NCBI GenBank assembly: GCA_964016885.1
Contig: OZ024743.1
Span: 264,058,001 to 264,122,000, forward strand
From: Eledone cirrhosa
Lineage: Eukaryota
Direction of reading: 5' to 3'
DNA: 64,000 nt
Shown here: piece by piece, positions 56,934 to 64,000 of the stretch
Position numbering within the stretch: position 1 is the stretch's first letter
How the letters are laid out: each line of letters starts with the position of its first letter
Program-made: the position numbers and the translations under genes
Notes under the pieces: generated by a model
Seen by the model: the letters and a program-made list of their open reading frames with translations, nothing else
Told to the model about the DNA's origin: nothing
The model's database searches: none

Positions 56934-58032
56934 TCTGTATATATATAAAATTAAGTATTTGTGTGTGTGTGTATTACCTATAGGGGCCTACATCTTACGA
57001 CCGTTTTGCATGAAACTTTACAGGCTCATAGATTAGTCATCGAGGAGTGTTTTCTATATATCAGCTTATCGTTCTTTTATTCCGGGGTCATTCTGTAGAT
57101 AAAAATAAGATTTTGGGCTCTAGCTCCCACATTTTGCCACCGATTTCGTTCAAATTTTAAAGCAAAATAGAATTTATCATTGCACATCCTGTAATCGCTT
57201 TATATTTTGCATTTGTTCTTCAGGGACGGCGTGGCAGCCGCTTAAATATTCAAAACTACCACGTTTAGACTCTAGCTCCCACATTAATCGACCTATTTTG
57301 TTCAAATTTTACACTACGCTAGATCTGATTATTTTACATCTTGGATATTTTGTTCAGGAACGGCGTGGCAGCCGCTTAAATATTCGAAAATACCCCCTTT
57401 TCGCTCAAATTTTGGCCTTCTTGCTACTAGCTCCCACATTTTTCAACCGATTTCGTTCAAATTCGAAACTTCGGCACCACCTCACACATAAATCAATTTA
57501 TTTGGTTCAACTTTTATACTACGATAGAACCTATTATTGCTCATCTTATAGTAGCTTTACACTTTGCATTTTTTGTTCAGCGACGGCGACCTATCATTAT
57601 CTCCGACATTTTTCAACCAATTTCGTTCAAATTCGAAACTTTGGCTCCACCTCACACATAAATCAATTTATTTGGTTCAACTTTTATACTACGATAGAAC
57701 CTATCACTGCACATCTTATAGATGGTCAAAGGCAAAACGATGGCCACTGACGTCGTCTGAGCTTTTAGTTATGTATTTGAGAATGTATCGGTTTCCAATC
57801 AAGTAGCGTGAGGAAATTTGGCTTAGTGTTAAAGGTCATTACCTCCCTCCCCCAGCATTCCCCTTCGTCAGTCACCCGCGTTTCTCAGTGATAGAGGTCA
57901 TCACCACACTACCACGCATGGCCTGTGTGTGGCCATAGATAAGTCATCGAGAAACAGTCGCTAAGATCAACACCTTTTCATCAAAGTAGATATTATTTTA
58001 ACTACCCAGGCAAAGCTGGGTACTGCTGCTAG
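56934..58032 (+). mobile_element. Non-autonomous Helitron
   Basis: A|TCTGTATATATATAAAA 5' end. Subterminal hairpin TACCCAG-GCAAAG-CTGGGTA (58003-58022) then CTAG|T. Internal degenerate tandem repeats at 57110-57720. Confidence 0.82.
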
Positions 58033-58043
58033 TTTATTATAAA

Positions 58044-58235
58044 GCGGTGGATTGGCAGTATAGGTAGAAGATCCGATGCCATAATTTGCAGCATAGAGTT
58101 TCGTCCTTTTACGGCCTGTGATCAGATCCCGCCGAGGTTAATTTTGCCTTTCATCTTTACAGGTTCGATAAAATAAAGTACCAGTAACGCACTGGGATAA
58201 TTGCTGGCCTTGTGCCTAAAGTAGAAACAATTATT
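58044..58235 (+). mobile_element. tRNA-derived SINE
   Basis: Full-length family member. Confidence 0.88.
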
Positions 58236-59191
58236 TATTGGTGATTAGACCCTAGTCTAACCGAATAAAAAAGACTCGTGACCAAAGGGAGATCAGCTAT
58301 AACCATTCTTTTTTTCTGGGTATGTGGGCCTAAATAATTTAAGATGTTCTTTCTTTAATATACCGGGGTGTGATTCAAGAAGAAATTGGCTGCTATTCTT
58401 AGTTGGAATATGAGGATGGATTTCACAAACATGATTGACATGGAGGGAGACTTCATTAATCTACCCTAGATCCGGGTGAGGAAGACCCAGGTCTATACAA
58501 GAAATAAAATAGAAGCTACATAAATCGTAACAACTACACCGGGCTTGTAAATAGATATGACTATTCTTTAGTGTTCAGATTTATAAACGGTGCAGAAATC
58601 TGGACATATACGCAGACACATGGGCACATATGAAGACATATGGACACATAGAAGCTAATATACATTCAGTGTGTGGTCTTAAAGATTCAGGAATGAAAAG
58701 TGATTTCATTGTTTTCCGGAAATGTTCCACCTACTTCATCTACTCTCGGCTTCAGCAGCAATTAGACCATCTGATGGCAATTTGTTGTGATTTATTTATT
58801 TATTTGAGATTTATTTTGTTTATTTATGTGTTTGTTTATATAATGTCCACTCTTCTTCCTATTCCTGCCATTGTTATTTCTGTTGCTGTTATTTCAGATG
58901 TTTGTAAATGTTTTAAAGAAATTGAAAATAGGATTTGTTTAGTTACAAGTGACTTTGCGTAAAGTCTTCGGTTAGGCATAAACAAATTAAACTCGCCACC
59001 TCCAGCCCAGTATCTTTCGCGTCCACCGGCTTTTCATTCTAATTTCGGTAAAGGAGTGAATATGATGGCACTAATATAAAGTGTTTTCTCTTCTTCATAT
59101 ATTTAATAGCAAGCGTGAAAACGAAAGTGATATATAACGAGAAATATCTATCAATCCCTCTCTCTCTCTATATATATATATCTATTTCTAT

Positions 59192-59291
<100 letters not shown>

Positions 59292-59482
59292 GTGTGTGCA
59301 CAGACACAAATGGAAAGAAAGAAATAAAATGTGACACGCGGGAAGTAATAGCACTAGATATAGAGGTAAAAAGAAATCGAGAGAGGTGATGACAAGCTAT
59401 TTCATATATACATATATAGAGTATGTGTATAGCAAAGTATGTTGAACGCGTGTGAGTATGTAAGTACTACTATATACTTTTT

Positions 59483-59672
59483 GTGGATTGGCAGTATCGG
59501 TAGAGGGTCGGACGCCATGCTTTGCAGCAAAGAGTTACGGCCCTTTATGGTCTGAATTCAAATCCCGCCGAGGTTAACTTTGCCTTTCATCCTTACGGGC
59601 TTCGATACAATAAAGTACCAGTAATACACTAGGATAATTGCTGGCCTTGCACTAAAAGTAGAAACAATTATT
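59483..59672 (+). mobile_element. tRNA-derived SINE
   Basis: Near full-length family member. Confidence 0.88.
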
Positions 59673-59954
59673 TTATTTCTTCTAAACATGTGTATGTGTG
59701 CGTGTGAGATTGCTACAGTGAAACAACATTTCATACTAGACACTGGAATTGATGCGGCGAGAGAATAGTAGAGAAAGATAGAGTGAGTGAAAGAGATGGG
59801 GGAGAGAATGATACATAGAGAGGGATGGTGGAGAATATCTTTGCCCTCAAGTATTTCTGTAAGAGTCTCTACCTCACTCATCAATACAAAGAAATGAAAG
59901 CTATCCTCCATTGTCTATGAAACTACACAGCTTCTCAATAGGACTTCATTCCTA

Positions 59955-60465
59955 CGTCATAACGACCATCAATATCATATTCATCATCAACAACATCATC
60001 CTCCTCATCCGATCCTCACAATTTCCTTCTCTACCACCAGCAACACCACCACCATCAACACCACATCCTGCTCACCATCATCATCATCCCCGTCGCCGTC
60101 ACCTTCACCATCACCACTACCGGCATCATCATCGTTTATATCCTCATCAGCATTGCTAATATCATCATAACATAACAATTATCACCATCCCTACCACCCT
60201 CATCCCCAACCTCACACTGGTATGATCAAAATCGTCATTAGAGTTGTCACCCAAGTAATAACAGAAACTAGAATAATCATCTCTGGAGTCATCTTCATCA
60301 CCATCATGAAAACTTTCAATATCATCATCATCATCATCATCATCACTATATAATGCAAAGATGGCAACAGTTACCATCAAAATGATTACCATAACAAGTC
60401 TCACTACTACCCTCAACATATAACTGTCATCTTCGTTGTCATAATCACCATTTTCATCAGCCTCA
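59955..60465. repeat. Degenerate (CAT/CAC)n low-complexity tract
   Basis: Direct reading. Confidence 0.8.
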
Positions 60466-60503
60466 CAATCCCCACATTTACGGAAATATTACATTGCCCT
60501 TAA

Positions 60504-60690
60504 GGGCAGTAGCTTTAGAGTGTCAGAGTTTTTAGAGCGTCATACCAATGATTTGCAGTATTTATTTAGGCTCTTTACGTTCCGAATTCAAATCTTGTCG
60601 AAGTCTACTTTTCAATTCATTCTTCTGACGTCGATAAAATAAATACTAGTCAATCTTGTGCTCGATTTAATCAACTTTGCCTTCCCCCAC
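60504..60690 (+). mobile_element. Old diverged tRNA-SINE; similar relics at ~9930-10043, 28738-28845, 37955-38080, 56473-56580 and 62070-62200
   Basis: Degenerate TTTACGTTCCGAATTCAAATC..GTCGATAAAATAAATAC. Confidence 0.65.
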
Positions 60691-60957
60691 TAAAATTACA
60701 TTGATCTTGCCAGCACTACTTCCAATGATGTTGCCTCACATACATGGCACCTACTACAACACCACACAAAGCCACTACTGTCATCATCATTATCACCATA
60801 AATGCCTCCACTGTCGCTAATAGGAACACACAAATCTTCAACATTAATACCAAAATTCGGCACCAAAGCAATCTCTATTTATTCTATCAATCAGCATCCA
60901 AATCTCCTGAAGGCATAGTATCATCTAAGAAATAACACTTATAATAAGCATCTAGCT

Positions 60958-61030
60958 CATGCATGGGCAACTTTTTTTGAGAAGCAGGCCGCATGAGATA
61001 TGGCTCATCATGAGGCGGGCCGCAAGCGCT
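60958..61030 (+). mobile_element. Possible hAT/Charlie-like terminus
   Basis: CATGCATGGGCAAC followed by GC(A/G)GGCCGC repeats. No partner end was found. Confidence 0.3.
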
Positions 61031-63467
61031 AATTTACATTGGTGCCCACATTAAAAAAGGGCAGTAACTCAGGTTGTTTTGATTGGTTTCTTCAGATTTC
61101 GTACACGTTTTCCTCGATCGTAAAAATAATTCTCCGTTGTTTGGAAATCGATGGATGGTTGCGGATGGAAAGCCTTTGATCAAGGCTGACATGGAGCTGA
61201 ACAGCAACAACATCAGTACCAAGGTATGTCAAAGAAAGAGCTTTAAATAAGAGGTGAATTAAATCAAATTTTACCTTTTTTTTCTAAAAAAGAAAAGGCT
61301 GATTGAGCAATAGTCATTTAGAAAAACATGACATAGTAAATGCCGCAAGGCATTGGAACACAGGTGTATTTATTCAAACATTGGGTTAAAAATATCAGTG
61401 AAAATAATCAGTACCAAAAGCATCCTCTCCATTACCACCGCCACAAACAACACCGCAACCACCAGCTCCTCTACAACTCCCTCAGCCATCACTACCACCA
61501 CCACTTCAAGCTTGAAACACAATATGATTACAACGACGACGACCAGTAAACATTACTGGTAACAATATCACGACTTTCACATAAAAGTACTTAAGAGAAA
61601 AAAAGAGAGAGGGGGAGACCGAGAGAGAGATGGAGAGAGAGGGGGAGTGAGAAAGTGAGAGAAATATTGAGAGATAGCTAGATATATATAGAGAGAAATA
61701 GAGATAGGAGTGAGATCAACAGATAAAGACGGGAGAGTCATAGAGAGAGAAAGAGAAAGAGAAAGAGAAAGAAAAAGAGACAGACTGACGAAACGAGAGA
61801 TAAGAACATAGAGCTAATGACCAGAAGATGTATTTCAAGATTGTTTTCTGAAATATTCATGATCACACTTGTTTTCATTTTTACGTTTTTCCTTTATTTT
61901 CTTATATATATATATATATTTCTTGGTGGGGGGGGGGGCTTCTCTCTTCTTTTCTTCTTGAATGTGTTGCACCACCATCGGTTCCAAAGATCGGTGCAAA
62001 GATCAGGAACAACGTCCATAAGAAATCTACAAATTTGTCATAGTTTACAAATCATTAAAAAGAAAATAGCGGCAAATTGGCAGAGCCATTTGTGGTATTG
62101 GTCCCGGCTCGCTGCACTCTGAGTTCAAAACCCGTGGATGTCAACTATGCCTTTCTTCCTTTCAATGTCGATAAATAGATTGCAAGTCCAATGCTGACGT
62201 CAATCTTTCCTCTGTATCTCTTTCTCCTTTCCCTTCTATCTCCCTCACACCTTCTCTCCAGACATGGAGAAGAGATGAGCCTCACTAGGTTTTAAAACTG
62301 CCCAAGAAACGATGTATATCACTACGGCATCCTATGACTCCAGCAGGTGTTACGAGTTAACGGTAGAGTTTTTATCATAAATATTATATCGTTGTCAAAT
62401 TGCAGGGAACATGGGCAAACGATTAAAACAACCCAGGGCATTAACTGGGACATCAACAAACCATGAATAGATGAGTATCAAAACCGTTTTTGACTAGATT
62501 TAAACTATAAGAAAACAATGCGAAGTAATGCACCATCGAATGAGTATTACAGAATGCGTTATAAATGCCTCTAGCAATATTAAATTATCAATATTGCTGC
62601 AGATGTAGGATAATGAATGATATAATCTGGACAAAAGAGCATCGGAAAGATAAATAGACATTATTTAATTACATTACTGTATGCTCGGAGTACAATTCCC
62701 GCCGGAGGAAATATAACTTTTTATTACGGTGTCAATAGAATGAGGTCTACTTTGGGATCAATTCAATAACTTAGTCAGACAAAATAAATCTTTTTCTGTG
62801 CTTCCGAGACTGACGAGAGCAAGCGGTAAAGTTATCCTCGAATGGTAGGCCTGAACCGAATACTTTATATTAGAGTTTTGAGTTTAAACCACGAAAAAAG
62901 ATACGGGCTGACACAGTTTCCGTTAAGGAAATGTTTGTAAAATATTTTCTTGACCTAAATCTACGATAGAAGACACTTTTCCAATGTTCTATCTAGTGAA
63001 ATAGAACCCACAACCTCATCGTTGTGAACCAACCTTCTTTGCCACACTGCCAAACATAGAAATAAATATTTCTAACATAGTTACTCATCTTGCTAGACAT
63101 CCCTGACCAGTCAACTCTCCCCGTCCAACGGGGAGATTTTCATAGCCTTTCGCGGGGGCGAGAGATGTCTTCCCTTGTGAAAATGGGTATAGCTTTCATT
63201 ACCTAAAATCTCTCCATTGTGCCTCATTTCTCCACGGCTGGGGGCACGTTTTTATGGTACTCTCAGTTTGGGTTTTAAGAGTCTGGCAGGTCTGAAAGCC
63301 ACGGGATTGTGAAGCCAATTTCTTTATTACACAGTCTTGTTTGAAATAGAATGAAGAATTATATTCACATTATAAGAAAAACAAGATAAACGTGTTCTGG
63401 CTGGTGTGTATTTAACACGAAATGATGTGAAGCTAAACAGCACCAAGGGCGTCATTAAAAATGGGAA

Positions 63468-63650
63468 CGAATGAAGAAGGGCCCACTTGGTCATTCGACT
63501 TGCTAGAAATAGCAGCCAAATCTCCTGCATGTAACATCTTGTTATCTTATGAAAAAGGATACATTGAATAATATCGTTGGAGATACACAATATAATGAAA
63601 GGAAATAAAAGACACGATGATTTTGGCTTGAATGCCTTTGACCATCAGTA
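63468..63650 (+). repeat. Unclassified interspersed repeat
   Basis: CTAGAAATAGCAGCCAAAT motif. Reverse-orientation relatives at ~10315-10350, 52312-52333, 54255-54280 and 58370-58402. Confidence 0.55.
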
Positions 63651-63794
63651 GTTTAGTACGATCATCACTGAAATAGAACAAAACAGCAAATGAAAATAAC
63701 AATGTGAGCTCTTAGCTTCATCAAAATTTAGCAGATAATTTAGATTATGCATTTCTGGATATAATAATAACAATAATAATATGAATAGTTTTAG

Positions 63795-64000
63795 ATTCAG
63801 ACATAAAGCCAACAGATTTGGAAGGATGGGGAAGTCAATTAAGTCGATCCCAGTTACTGGTACTTTATTTTATCGGCCGCACTCAGAAGGATGAAAGGCA
63901 AAGCCGATCTCGGTGGGATTTGATCTCAAAACGTTAATAAACGGAACACATATCGCAAGGTATTTTGTTCGACGCTCTGATGACTCTGATAAGTCACTTT
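63795..64000 (-). mobile_element. tRNA-derived SINE (longer, older subfamily)
   Basis: CTGGTACTTTATTTTATCG..GGATGAAAGGCAAAG..CTCGGTGGGATTTGA. Confidence 0.8.

Overview
Eukaryotic, repeat-saturated, AT-rich DNA with no recognisable host gene. The SINE families and dense (TA)n/(CA)n/(GA)n microsatellites suggest a cephalopod such as Octopus (inference). The window holds decayed non-LTR retrotransposons (Penelope-like, RTE, R4/Dong-like, two Tx1/L1-clade copies), about 20 tRNA-SINEs and a non-autonomous Helitron. The main signal is roughly 30 type I hammerhead ribozyme (HHR) motifs, read by eye, nearly all in insertions within (TA)n tracts. Twelve lie in two related, near-identical non-coding tandem arrays (467-bp and ~474-bp units) plus a solo copy. 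Each unit carries an octamer and one HHR with covarying stems, so they look like retrozyme/circular-RNA retroelements. The rest lie in Penelope pseudo-LTRs and small palindromic Penelope remnants. Most of these insertions share one architecture: two outward-pointing inverted arms, one ending at a fixed 'short' end and the other at a fixed 'long' end. All RNA folds were assigned manually and none was computed.
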